From: a virus
Lineage: Duplodnaviria > Caudoviricetes
Reading direction: 5' to 3' (one strand)
Length of the DNA: 43,534 nucleotides
IMG/VR virus record: IMGVR_UViG_3300033475_000058
Coordinates: 1 to 43,534 of that record
Shown: piece by piece, positions 9,317 to 18,141 of the stretch
Position numbering within the stretch: the stretch's first letter is position 1
Layout of the letters: every line of letters starts with the position of its first letter
Position numbers and translations under genes: made by a program
The notes under the pieces: generated by a model
Told to the model about the DNA's origin: nothing
What the model saw: the letters and a program-made list of their open reading frames with translations, nothing else
Database searches by the model: none

Positions 9317-9607
9317 TCAGAAGGGAATATCCCCGTCGTCCTCCGGTTCGCGAGGGGGACGAGAAGGAGGTGAATCATTCTTCTTTGCGCCACCGAAGAA
9401 CTTCGCGTTTCCGAGAATAGGCCCGCGCTGTCCGGCGTCTCGGAGTGCTTTCGGGATCGACTGAACGATCATGAAGTCGTTTCCGTATTTGTCCTCGGTT
9501 CTCGGGATCAACACGCAATCCAGATATTTCTGGCCGTCGCGACCTTCCTTGAGAAAGCCCTTGTCGATTTTGGCAACGCTGATGCTGGCTGAGATGTTTC
9601 CGCTCAT
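9317..9607 (-). CDS. Single-stranded DNA-binding-like protein
   Basis: KYLD..DKYGND..IVQS..PILGNAK; acidic DDGDIPF C-terminus. Confidence 0.65.
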   Translation of the reverse strand: MSGNISASISVAKIDKGFLKEGRDGQKYLDCVLIPRTEDKYGNDFMIVQSIPKALRDAGQRGPILGNAKFFGGAKKNDSPPSRPPREPEDDGDIPF

Positions 9608-10128
9608 AATTTGATTTTGGATAAAGCTGTGAACAAAAGCCGGGCGGATTGTCTGACATCTGCCAGCGGGTCATGTTTCGGAAGCTCGGCAGGTAGGCGC
9701 TCGTAAGTTGCCATCGGGTCCATGCCAGCGGCCTGCATTACGCTTGAGATTTCCATGAACGGATACGGCCCATCCCAATTTCTGGAATCGGGACAATCCC
9801 GCACGCATTGGTGCAGAAATCCCGTCTCCACGGGCCACACGCACTCTCCAGCCATTTGGATATTTGGGAACTTCTCTTTGATACGTATCCAGCTTCGCCA
9901 AAACGCTTCGCGCATGGTGCGAGGTGTTGCGCAGTTCACTTCGATGGGTGGAATATTCTCACGCACCCATTGACGATCGGTCTCCCCGCCTGATGCGGAT
10001 GAAGGATCGCAGGAGAACTGCAAAGCGCATCCGCCTTCCCTCAGTTCATTGAAAACTTCTCCGGCGACGGCGTATGCCTCCCCGTGAAGACCGATAGATT
10101 CGACATCGATTACAAAATAATGTTTCAC
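9604..10128 (-). CDS. 3'-5' exonuclease (DEDDh, Rv2179c-like)
   Basis: IDVES motif I; HDPLAD motif III. Confidence 0.75.
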   Translation of the reverse strand: MKHYFVIDVESIGLHGEAYAVAGEVFNELREGGCALQFSCDPSSASGGETDRQWVRENIPPIEVNCATPRTMREAFWRSWIRIKEKFPNIQMAGECVWPVETGFLHQCVRDCPDSRNWDGPYPFMEISSVMQAAGMDPMATYERLPAELPKHDPLADVRQSARLLFTALSKIKL

Positions 10129-10589
10129 AATTTTTCCCCGTATGTCTGTTGAAGTTTCACGTAGCCATCGCGGAGGCCGGTGAGGGCTTCGAGTTGCCCA
10201 GCGGCGTGGGCCAGGTAGCCGGGCGTTTCTGCGGTCTTCATGGCGGAGACGAGATTCGCAGCGTCCTCGATGTGGTCGCCTAGGACTTGCAGGACCGCGA
10301 GAAACTGCGGGTTGTCGTTGGCGACAGAGAAGCCGTTGTTGACTTGGTCGTCTGTGAGGCGGTCTTTAAAAGGCGTAGCCGAAGACCTTGGGATGATCTT
10401 TGCGGTTACACAAAACTGTGTAACCGGAACGATGCCGTCTTTAGGGATGCTTCCGAATTCGGAAATCTCCATACTTGATCCATCGCGTCTAACGCCCTGA
10501 ATCCACCATTCTCCCCGCTCATAATCAATGACGAGGTAGTGACACGATCCGAAGTTTCGGAATAGGGATTTGAGCCAGTTCACTACCAT
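10125..10589 (-). CDS. Hypothetical protein
   Basis: ATG at 10589; LAHAAGQLEAL motif. Confidence 0.65.
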   Translation of the reverse strand: MVVNWLKSLFRNFGSCHYLVIDYERGEWWIQGVRRDGSSMEISEFGSIPKDGIVPVTQFCVTAKIIPRSSATPFKDRLTDDQVNNGFSVANDNPQFLAVLQVLGDHIEDAANLVSAMKTAETPGYLAHAAGQLEALTGLRDGYVKLQQTYGEKL

Positions 10590-10705
10590 ATTTTTTGAAT
10601 GAAGTGGAATGCGAGCCACACAAGGAATCCCGAAAATATCAGACTACCCAAAATTGATAAAACGATCAGAACTTCTATTTTGGTATATGCCTTGTTGGTT
10701 TTCAT
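10583..10705 (-). CDS. 40-aa prepilin-like membrane peptide (not in ORF track)
   Basis: MKTNKAYTKIEVLIVLSILGSLIFSGFLVWLAFHFIQKIW; ATGA-coupled to upstream ORF. Confidence 0.6.
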   Translation of the reverse strand: MKTNKAYTKIEVLIVLSILGSLIFSGFLVWLAFHFIQKIW

Positions 10706-10875
10706 AAATTCATCAGCTTCTTGACCTCGGATTTACGGAAGAGGTTCTTTCCTTTTTCGCAGGTCTTCTTGGCGCCGAGCGATTCAGCCATTGCGCGGTA
10801 AGTGGCGTCGGTAAGTCCTAGCCACTCCATGATGTGGCGCTTTCGCAGGAATTCGGATTCAGGCTCGGTTGTCAT
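10702..10875 (-). CDS. 57-aa Xis/MerR-like winged-HTH protein (not in ORF track)
   Basis: FLRKRHIMEWLGLTDATYR...NLFRKSEVKKL; ATGA coupling. Confidence 0.6.
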   Translation of the reverse strand: MTTEPESEFLRKRHIMEWLGLTDATYRAMAESLGAKKTCEKGKNLFRKSEVKKLMNL

Positions 10876-11135
10876 TTTTCTGGAATCTCGACCGACGACG
10901 AGGCGCGGATAATTAGCGATCGATCCTCTTCATCTTGAGACGCGTGGATGAGACCGCTTCGGTAATGTTTATTTTGACGAATCCATCCGCCACGGCAGTC
11001 GTAAAACGAACCTGCGAATACCTGGGCCGAGAAAGGCTCCGACTCGAACGATCTCAGGGCATTCTTTTCGAACTCGCTTTCCGGTGTGATGACGAGTTGG
11101 ACAACGCCGTCTTCGATGTAAATTGCGGTTTTCAT
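10872..11135 (-). CDS. Hypothetical protein
   Basis: MKTAIYIEDGVVQLVITPE..., starts directly after TerL stop. Confidence 0.7.
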   Translation of the reverse strand: MKTAIYIEDGVVQLVITPESEFEKNALRSFESEPFSAQVFAGSFYDCRGGWIRQNKHYRSGLIHASQDEEDRSLIIRASSSVEIPEK

Positions 11136-11136
11136 A

Positions 11137-12795
11137 TCAGTAGCTCCCGCCTCCATGGGTTTGCAGTGCCTCGCCTTCGACGTTCGCCACGCCAGAGGTG
11201 ACGAGGAATCCAACGCAGTCGATTGGGTCTTTTGTGGCGCCGTCTTTTCCGTCCTGCCCGGTCCACTCCTTCATGGCGTAGATGAGATTTCGGCAGTTCG
11301 AGGAAATCATGAGCTTGGGCTGATTCAGAAAATCAATTGGCTTGCTCTGGTCGTAGGAGAGCCAGTCGTTTATGAGGTCGATCTTTTCGCCGTCGCGCCG
11401 GTCTGTGGGCGTTGCGAGGAAATCTAAGCCAATGTCCGCGCACTCATCCAAAAGCGTCGTAGGAGCCTCTTTCGCGACCGTGGGAGTGTGCCCATAGCGA
11501 CTATCCATCCAGCGTTCAAAGATTTTCTCCGCTACCTTGTCGCCGTCTGGGTGTTCGGTCGTCTCTCTGCGCTCGATTTCTGCCTTGTAGTCGCGCAATC
11601 CCCAGCCGAATGACTTTTGCGCAGGCCCGCGGCTTCCGTCGAACAGCTTTCCGGACGGTGTTGCCCAAGGCCCAGGGAATCCGACGCCTTCAATGTACTC
11701 ATCAGGCGACGGCCACTCCCGATAAACGAAAGCGCGATCGGCGGAATCGATCCGCACCCAGATCATGAACCAATTTCGGCCAGAGCAGGGGTCAACAAAG
11801 AGGTAGTTTGTCCCGTCTTTCGGGATTTTGTCCGGCGAAATGACGTGAACCTTGTCGTTGAACTTCGGAAAACGGTTGCCGATAGCCTTGGTCGGCACTC
11901 CATAGGCGCGAGTGAGGATGTTTTCCCGACTTTCACCCTGTAAATCCAACTTCAACCGCTCGTAATTGTTGAACGGGTTCCCCTTCGTGTCGAAATACAC
12001 GATGTGAGCGCCCCACTTTTGGCTTTTCTGAACAAACGGAACCTTTTCGAAGTGGGAAAACACCTTTCCGCCAGATCCGTCGTCGTCGAAAACCGGAAGA
12101 AGCTCCGCATCCTTCTCCAAAAGGGTCTCAGCCCCATTCAGATAGTTCTGGATCGTCGAAGAATACCCTTCGATTGGAGTAAATGTGGTGAGAAGGCACC
12201 CGTTTCTTGTCTGGAGGCGGTATCGAAGCGTTTCCAGCCAATCCAGAGGCACCAATTCATCCGGCCACGCTATGTTGATCTCTCCGCCCTCGATCGTGTC
12301 GATATCTTGGGCATAATTTCGGAAAATGATGATGCTTTTATTGGGAAATACGCACTTGTTGTCCGTGAACCCTCCTTTAATGGAGTAATTCATGTTCACG
12401 TATCGGCCTTTCTTCATAGCCTTGATTTCTGGAGGAATAAACCTCCAGATCAACGGCTGTTGAAGCTCAACCGAGTTCGGCCCGTTCGTATGGAAGCACC
12501 ACGCAACAGCCTCTGGGGTTTCCATGCAGGTCTCCACGACTTTTCGGGCTGCATACGTGCTCTTGCTGGATCGGTTACCCCCCAAAAGCAATAAATGGCG
12601 ACAAAGCGTTAGGTATTCGTCAGCAACTCGCCAATTTTCAGGGATGAAACCATAGCGGTACGGGTCGGCCTTCTCTTTGGAAATCAGCTCCTCACGCTTC
12701 AACAAGAAGGCGCGAAGCTCCTCCTTTGGCATTGCTTTCAAAATCTCCGGAGGCGGCAACAGCATCACTGGATGCGCCGAGATTTCGAGAGACAC
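11137..12795 (-). CDS. terL: Terminase large subunit
   Basis: Walker A GGNRSSKS, Walker B AWPDE, TFTP motif, RNaseH-like VDP...DPID. Confidence 0.9.
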   Translation of the reverse strand: MSLEISAHPVMLLPPPEILKAMPKEELRAFLLKREELISKEKADPYRYGFIPENWRVADEYLTLCRHLLLLGGNRSSKSTYAARKVVETCMETPEAVAWCFHTNGPNSVELQQPLIWRFIPPEIKAMKKGRYVNMNYSIKGGFTDNKCVFPNKSIIIFRNYAQDIDTIEGGEINIAWPDELVPLDWLETLRYRLQTRNGCLLTTFTPIEGYSSTIQNYLNGAETLLEKDAELLPVFDDDGSGGKVFSHFEKVPFVQKSQKWGAHIVYFDTKGNPFNNYERLKLDLQGESRENILTRAYGVPTKAIGNRFPKFNDKVHVISPDKIPKDGTNYLFVDPCSGRNWFMIWVRIDSADRAFVYREWPSPDEYIEGVGFPGPWATPSGKLFDGSRGPAQKSFGWGLRDYKAEIERRETTEHPDGDKVAEKIFERWMDSRYGHTPTVAKEAPTTLLDECADIGLDFLATPTDRRDGEKIDLINDWLSYDQSKPIDFLNQPKLMISSNCRNLIYAMKEWTGQDGKDGATKDPIDCVGFLVTSGVANVEGEALQTHGGGSY

Positions 12796-13008
12796 TTAGA
12801 AATTCATTTTAGCGATGCCGCATTTCCCATGCTGGGAAGTCACGGCGACGATCAATCCGTTAGGAGTTCCGATCAACACGGGATCAGAAATTAAAAAGGC
12901 AGTTTGATCCGGAACGGAATCGCTCGGGATAAATCTCATCCCCGTTAACGATTCCAACAATCCTTGTTTCGTAAGCTCCGGCGGGAAACTCCCAGAATTT
13001 TCGGACAA
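12796..13008 (-). CDS. Small hypothetical protein
   Basis: Stop abuts TerL start. Confidence 0.45.
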   Translation of the reverse strand: MSENSGSFPPELTKQGLLESLTGMRFIPSDSVPDQTAFLISDPVLIGTPNGLIVAVTSQHGKCGIAKMNF

Positions 13009-13031
13009 AACGCGTCGTTATCTACCGAATG

Positions 13032-13101
13032 AGTCGTAATCGGATGCCGCTCTATTGTCAACGATATTTCTTTGACCCCATATCCGCATCCATAGGCGAC
13101 T
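13032..13101. promoter_or_regulatory. Mirror-symmetric divergent promoter pair TTGAC-N9-GCATCC-N5-CGACT
   Basis: All three boxes on both strands with a common dyad at 13066.5. Confidence 0.7.
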
Positions 13102-13165
13102 TCGCGGCCTAGGGGCAAACCCCGAACAGCATGGACAGCCACTTGAGAGGCGCAACTTAAAACTC

Positions 13166-14110
13166 ATGGATGCAGAGACGACAGGATTAGTGGATTTCAC
13201 CGAGATCGCCAACGGTCTGGGTGCGCCAACCGAAGCCATTCCAAAGGAGGCTGCGAAGCCTGCGGCGGAAACTAAACCCGAACCCGAGGAAACGGAGGAG
13301 CCTGAAGAGGTTGCTGAACCCGACGCGGAGGAAGAGGGAGAAGATAACGAAGAGGAAGACGACGAGGAGTCCGAAGAGGAGGCAGAACCATCCAAGGCGG
13401 TCGAGAAATTGACCAAACGCGTGGATAAGCTGACTGCCAGGGCGAAAACGGCAGAGGAAGAGCGGGACCGGCTGAAAACCGAGAACGACAGCTTCAAAGC
13501 TCAACTCGACGAAAAACCTCCCGTAGTGGTCGAGGGTTCAAAGAGTCCACTGGACGCAATTACCTCATTGGAGGAGTTGGAGACGAGAGTCGAACAGGCA
13601 AAGAAGGTTCGCGCGTGGGCGAAAGCCAACCTTGACGGAGGTACGATAAACTCCGCCTCGGGACCAAAAGAACTCAGTGCAGACGAGGTGCGAGAGCATC
13701 TCCAGAGCGCCGAAGAGATTTTGGACAGCGCGTCCGAGAGGAAAACATTCCTGTCGCAGCGCGCGGACATGGTCCGGGTTGCCAAGGAAGCCTATCCGGT
13801 CCTTTTCGACAAATCGTCGCCAGCCTACAAGCGAATGGCCGAGGAGGTTAAAAACTTCCCCGTTCTGCTCCGGTTGCCCCACTACGAATTGAGTATGGGG
13901 GATCAGATGCTGGGCGAGATGGTCAGAAACGGGACTCTGAAATTGGCCGATGCGGCCGAGAAGAAAAAGCCCGAAGCGGAGAGAAAGAAAACTCCGATCG
14001 CTCCTCCGACACCCACGGTAAAGGCGTCACCCAAGAGCTCTGCAAAGCCCGACAAAGCGGCAGGAGGCATCAAAAGCTTCCTCCAAGACGCATTCGGGGT
14101 TCCGGCCTAG
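13166..14110 (+). CDS. Capsid scaffolding protein
   Basis: Acidic N-terminus, coiled coil KRVDKLTAR, Pro/Lys-rich tail; directly before capsid gene. Confidence 0.75.
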   Translation: MDAETTGLVDFTEIANGLGAPTEAIPKEAAKPAAETKPEPEETEEPEEVAEPDAEEEGEDNEEEDDEESEEEAEPSKAVEKLTKRVDKLTARAKTAEEERDRLKTENDSFKAQLDEKPPVVVEGSKSPLDAITSLEELETRVEQAKKVRAWAKANLDGGTINSASGPKELSADEVREHLQSAEEILDSASERKTFLSQRADMVRVAKEAYPVLFDKSSPAYKRMAEEVKNFPVLLRLPHYELSMGDQMLGEMVRNGTLKLADAAEKKKPEAERKKTPIAPPTPTVKASPKSSAKPDKAAGGIKSFLQDAFGVPA

Positions 14111-14156
14111 CCAATGACGGTCAACAGCCAGACCCCGCCAAAACTTTCAACTCAAA

Positions 14157-15164
14157 ATGGCTGAAACACTCATCCCACAGGTGGGAATTCGGGAGGATCT
14201 CTCGGATTTGATCGATTACGCGGACATGAAGTCCACGCCGGTCACCACCAAGATTAAAAAGGGCTCCGAGCCCATCAATCCAATCGGCCAGTGGCAGGTT
14301 GACGCATACGCGGACATTTCCGTGGCCGGCGTCCTGTCCAACGCCGACGCAACCGCCTTCACCGACGAAGCGGCACAACGCACCATCCTCAAGGGTGTCG
14401 TCCAGAAAATCCGGCGCAATCCGGCTGTGGACGATATGGCCGAGAATGTGGCGGAAGTCGCAGGCATCGGTAAAAAGAAGGAATTCTCCTGGGCCGTCAA
14501 AAAGGCCATCGAAGAGGTCAAGCGTAACATGGAGTCCATTGTCTGTTCCGACGACGAGTCGCAGGAACAAGGCGCTGGCCTCCCATACATGACGCGCGGC
14601 CTCGGAAAGTGGATCTCCAACACGGCGCAGAATCACTTCCCGGTCCCGGCTGCCTTCCGCACGCCCGCCAACTCGATCAACACCACGGCTACGGCATCGC
14701 TCCTCGCGAGCGACGTTCAGGCTGTGTTGCAGTCGATCTACGAGCAGACCGGCCAGCTCAAGACCTTCACCTTCGTTTGCGGTCCTACGCTCCGGCGCCG
14801 GTTCTCCGCTTTCCAGGAGAACATCACGACTGGTTCCACCAACACGCTCGCAGCGGCTCGCTATACCACGGCCAGCCAAGACGAGCGCAAGTACATCGCC
14901 ACGGTCGATGTTTTCGAGGGCGACTTCGGTGTCCTCGAGATCATGCCTTCGCTGTTCCTGGCCAAGGATCAGGCGGTGACGGCGGTTTCCAACGCCCGCG
15001 GCTACGTCCTCGACATGGACGACCTGAGCTTGGACTTCAACCGGAAGCCAGGGTTCAAAGAACTCCCTGACCTCGGCGGCGGTCCTCGCGGAATCGTCGA
15101 TGCAATCTTCCGGCTCACGCTCGGAAACCCACTCAAACACGGCAAGTTCGCCGCAACCACCTAA
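14157..15164 (+). CDS. Major capsid protein (DUF5309-like)
   Basis: GIREDLSDLI N-terminus, TRGLGKWI, DVFEGDFG; biased codon usage. Confidence 0.85.
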   Translation: MAETLIPQVGIREDLSDLIDYADMKSTPVTTKIKKGSEPINPIGQWQVDAYADISVAGVLSNADATAFTDEAAQRTILKGVVQKIRRNPAVDDMAENVAEVAGIGKKKEFSWAVKKAIEEVKRNMESIVCSDDESQEQGAGLPYMTRGLGKWISNTAQNHFPVPAAFRTPANSINTTATASLLASDVQAVLQSIYEQTGQLKTFTFVCGPTLRRRFSAFQENITTGSTNTLAAARYTTASQDERKYIATVDVFEGDFGVLEIMPSLFLAKDQAVTAVSNARGYVLDMDDLSLDFNRKPGFKELPDLGGGPRGIVDAIFRLTLGNPLKHGKFAATT

Positions 15165-15177
15165 GGAGGACACGACC

Positions 15178-15627
15178 ATGCTTGTTAGACCACTCATCCA
15201 CAACGAGCGAACCTCCGGGTTCACTCACACGGCGAAAATCCTGTTCTCCGATCTCACGGCGGCAGCGACCACGCAGACAATCCAACTCGACACCCTCGCG
15301 GTGGGAGATGGCGTCTGCGATGTCGCCTTCTACCTTCGCACGCAGTTCTCTGGCGGTTCCGCCACGGCGCTCACGGCGAAGCTCGGAGACGCGACCGACG
15401 ACGACGGTTACTTGGAAGCCGTTTCCATCCTCTCGGGTGCGACACCGGTTCTTTGCAGCCTGGGCAACGGGGCGTACTTCGCCACGAAGCTCACCGGCAA
15501 GGGCTACGTCGCCGCCGGGGTTCTCAACCTCATCCTCACTTCAACCACGGCCAACGTGAACACGCTGACCGCCGGGGAACTCGATGTGTACTGGTCGAGA
15601 CCCAACTTTGTCACAATGACGCCGTAG
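15178..15627 (+). CDS. Capsid decoration/cement protein
   Basis: AAGGAGG RBS, follows capsid gene, beta-rich, LTAGELDVY ending. Confidence 0.65.
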   Translation: MLVRPLIHNERTSGFTHTAKILFSDLTAAATTQTIQLDTLAVGDGVCDVAFYLRTQFSGGSATALTAKLGDATDDDGYLEAVSILSGATPVLCSLGNGAYFATKLTGKGYVAAGVLNLILTSTTANVNTLTAGELDVYWSRPNFVTMTP

Positions 15628-15642
15628 CAGGTTTCTGACACT

Positions 15643-15684
15643 CGCTGCCTCTCGGTCTAGGGGTTAGGTTCCCGAGGGGCGGCG
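15643..15684 (+). promoter_or_regulatory. 13-bp GC-rich hairpin after capsid/decoration genes (no U-tract)
   Basis: CGCTGCCTCTCGG pairs with CCGAGGGGCGGCG (two G-U pairs). Confidence 0.55.
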
Positions 15685-15700
15685 CAGTCAGGCACTACTA

Positions 15701-16060
15701 ATGGTCGCGGAAATCGCTGATTTATCCGCCGGAGAAAACGACGAACTCATGCAGCTCGTGAAAGACGAGCTTATGACCGGATTCAACAAGGATGCGGTCT
15801 TTGCAGGTCTGAGGCAGGCGCGTATTGCCGAGGCCACAAACCGGATCGAGGCCGTTCGCCACATTGACGGCATCGGAGATCACGTTCTTTCGGTCGATGT
15901 GCAGGCGTACAACGCTTGGGAGAAAGCGCAGCCTGGGTGCTGGAAAGACAAGGGATTTCGCCGCTGGTTCGCCAAGACATTCCCCGAGGCCCAAGGCCGC
16001 AAGGTTATCACCCCCAATCGCGTCACGGTCGGCGCCACAATCGTCCCAGCCTACCGATGA
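15701..16060 (+). CDS. Hypothetical head-module protein
   Basis: ORF coupled to portal start. Confidence 0.7.
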   Translation: MVAEIADLSAGENDELMQLVKDELMTGFNKDAVFAGLRQARIAEATNRIEAVRHIDGIGDHVLSVDVQAYNAWEKAQPGCWKDKGFRRWFAKTFPEAQGRKVITPNRVTVGATIVPAYR

Positions 16061-18141
16061 AAAAACTCGGTGACCCCAATATCGTCGATTACATCGGCGA
16101 CCTCCAGCAGGCCGCAACCGATGCCGCTAACTACGTTGGCCGGAAGAACTGGAATTATGAAATCCGAAACTGCATCTGGGCAGGGCAGAGCGACGATGGA
16201 AGGAAGTGGGCCGCAAATTGTGGAAAACAGCCTTTCCCGTGGGAAGGCGCTACAGACTCCCGCTATCGACTTGCGGACATTTATGTCAATGAGAACGTCC
16301 GCTACGCGAAAACCGCATTCTTCGGGGCAAAAGCCCAAGCTCTTCCGGTAGAATCGTCCGACGCGACCAACTCCAAGGTCTCCGAGCAGGTTTTGCAGTG
16401 GATGCTCTTCCAGCATTGCGCGGACGACCTCCGGCGCGAGGTGGAACTAGCCTACAACTTCCGCGAAACCTACGGGCTGGCGGTGATGTTCGTCGGGTGG
16501 CGCACAGAGACGCGGACCAGCATGGAGACGTTCTCCATGGAGGCTCTGTACCAGTCCGCGCAGCAATCCGAGGACGCCGCTACCCTGATTTCTGCGATTT
16601 CGGATCCAGAGCAGGACGAAGCCACGGTCGAAGTGCTGAAACAGCTCATGCCGGAAATCGCCAACAAGAAGGCGGTCCGCGAGTTGCGTGAGAATGGCGA
16701 AACCGAGTTCGAGACGCCCTATATTTTCGATTCTCGCCCTGAATGGACCGCGCTCGAGCCCTGGGAGGACATTGTTTTCCCGGCGTCGACTTGGAGCATC
16801 CAACGGGCGCCGTGGGTGTGCCGCAGGGAGCTTCTGAACGAGAACGAGCTTCGTGAACGCGTCACCACGATGGGCTATGACGAAGATTTCGTTGAAAAGG
16901 CCGTCAAGCTCAAGGGCGTCACGCGCCTGGGATGGATGTCATGGTGGCGCCGGCAACGGGATAATCTGCTCTGGCAGAACCAAGACCGTGACCTGATCGA
17001 AATCTGGCACCGGTACGGAAAACAGAGCGTCGATGGTGTCACCCGTGTCACAGAGACCGTCTTTCACTTCTCGATTCCCGACGAATGGGCCACGAATGGA
17101 CTCCTCGACTACGAACACGGGCTTTACCCGTTCGTGGAGATGGCGACCGAGCGTACCTCGCGTTGCCTGATCGATGCCCGAGGCGTTCCCGAGATCGTTT
17201 CGAGCGACCAGCAGCTTTTGAAGACCTACCAGGACTTCAAAGGAGATCGCGCCTCACTCGCTATCATTCCACCGGTGCGAGTTCCGGCCAATCGCGGCAA
17301 GATGGAACTTGTTTTCGGACCGGCAAAGCAGGTTCCAGAGCGGCGCCCAGGCGAAATCGGCTTCATGGAGATTCCATCTCTGGACAGCGGAACCGTCGAG
17401 TTCCAGCAGTCGATCCGTGCCAACTGCGACGAGTATTTCGGTCGCATGACGGACACCATGAATCCGCAGCGCTCCATGCTGTGGATGCAGAACTTCGTTC
17501 AAGGCGTCCTGATGGATGCCACGCTCTGCATTAAGCAGACCTTCCAGCTCATGCAGCAGTACATGACGGACGTGGAGATCGTCCGCGTGACCGGCGGGGA
17601 GCAAATGACGATCAAGGCCAGCCGCGAGGACATCCAAGGCCAATTCGACATCATGCTCCATTTCGATCCCCGGGACTTGGACATGGAGTACATCGCCTCA
17701 AAAATGGCGGCGATCGAGAAGGTCGAAGCTTCAGACATCGCGGGAGTCTTGGACCGCGCAGGCATCACCAAATGGAAGATGTGGGCGATCGATCCTCAGC
17801 TTGCAGAGCAGTACGTCCGAGACCCGGGACCGGCGGCAGCGGCAATCGCGGAGGACGAGCAAAACAATCTCGCGAAAATGTATTCGCTGGTCGCTCCGGC
17901 TCCGTTGGATGGGCCGGAAGGGGCTCAAATCAGACTCCAGATTGTCCGTGGGAAGCTCATGTCGAGCCCTGACTGGCAGGAAAAATACCGGGGCAATGAG
18001 GAGTTCCGCAAGGTCGTTGACGACCGCCTCAAGAACCTAACTTTCCAGCTACAGCAGCTCAAGAATGCTCAAACTGGCAGAACAGGAGTAGCTACGGACT
18101 TCGATCCATCTCAGCAGCTTGGAGGGCAACAGGCAGCATGA
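16057..18141 (+). CDS. Portal protein
   Basis: 694 aa, PFPWEGATD, YPFVE, RGVPE motifs; position in head module. Confidence 0.8.
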   Translation: MKKLGDPNIVDYIGDLQQAATDAANYVGRKNWNYEIRNCIWAGQSDDGRKWAANCGKQPFPWEGATDSRYRLADIYVNENVRYAKTAFFGAKAQALPVESSDATNSKVSEQVLQWMLFQHCADDLRREVELAYNFRETYGLAVMFVGWRTETRTSMETFSMEALYQSAQQSEDAATLISAISDPEQDEATVEVLKQLMPEIANKKAVRELRENGETEFETPYIFDSRPEWTALEPWEDIVFPASTWSIQRAPWVCRRELLNENELRERVTTMGYDEDFVEKAVKLKGVTRLGWMSWWRRQRDNLLWQNQDRDLIEIWHRYGKQSVDGVTRVTETVFHFSIPDEWATNGLLDYEHGLYPFVEMATERTSRCLIDARGVPEIVSSDQQLLKTYQDFKGDRASLAIIPPVRVPANRGKMELVFGPAKQVPERRPGEIGFMEIPSLDSGTVEFQQSIRANCDEYFGRMTDTMNPQRSMLWMQNFVQGVLMDATLCIKQTFQLMQQYMTDVEIVRVTGGEQMTIKASREDIQGQFDIMLHFDPRDLDMEYIASKMAAIEKVEASDIAGVLDRAGITKWKMWAIDPQLAEQYVRDPGPAAAAIAEDEQNNLAKMYSLVAPAPLDGPEGAQIRLQIVRGKLMSSPDWQEKYRGNEEFRKVVDDRLKNLTFQLQQLKNAQTGRTGVATDFDPSQQLGGQQAA

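Noticed and set aside
14121-15224. 367-aa minus-strand ORF
   Set aside because: Antisense shadow of the codon-biased capsid gene
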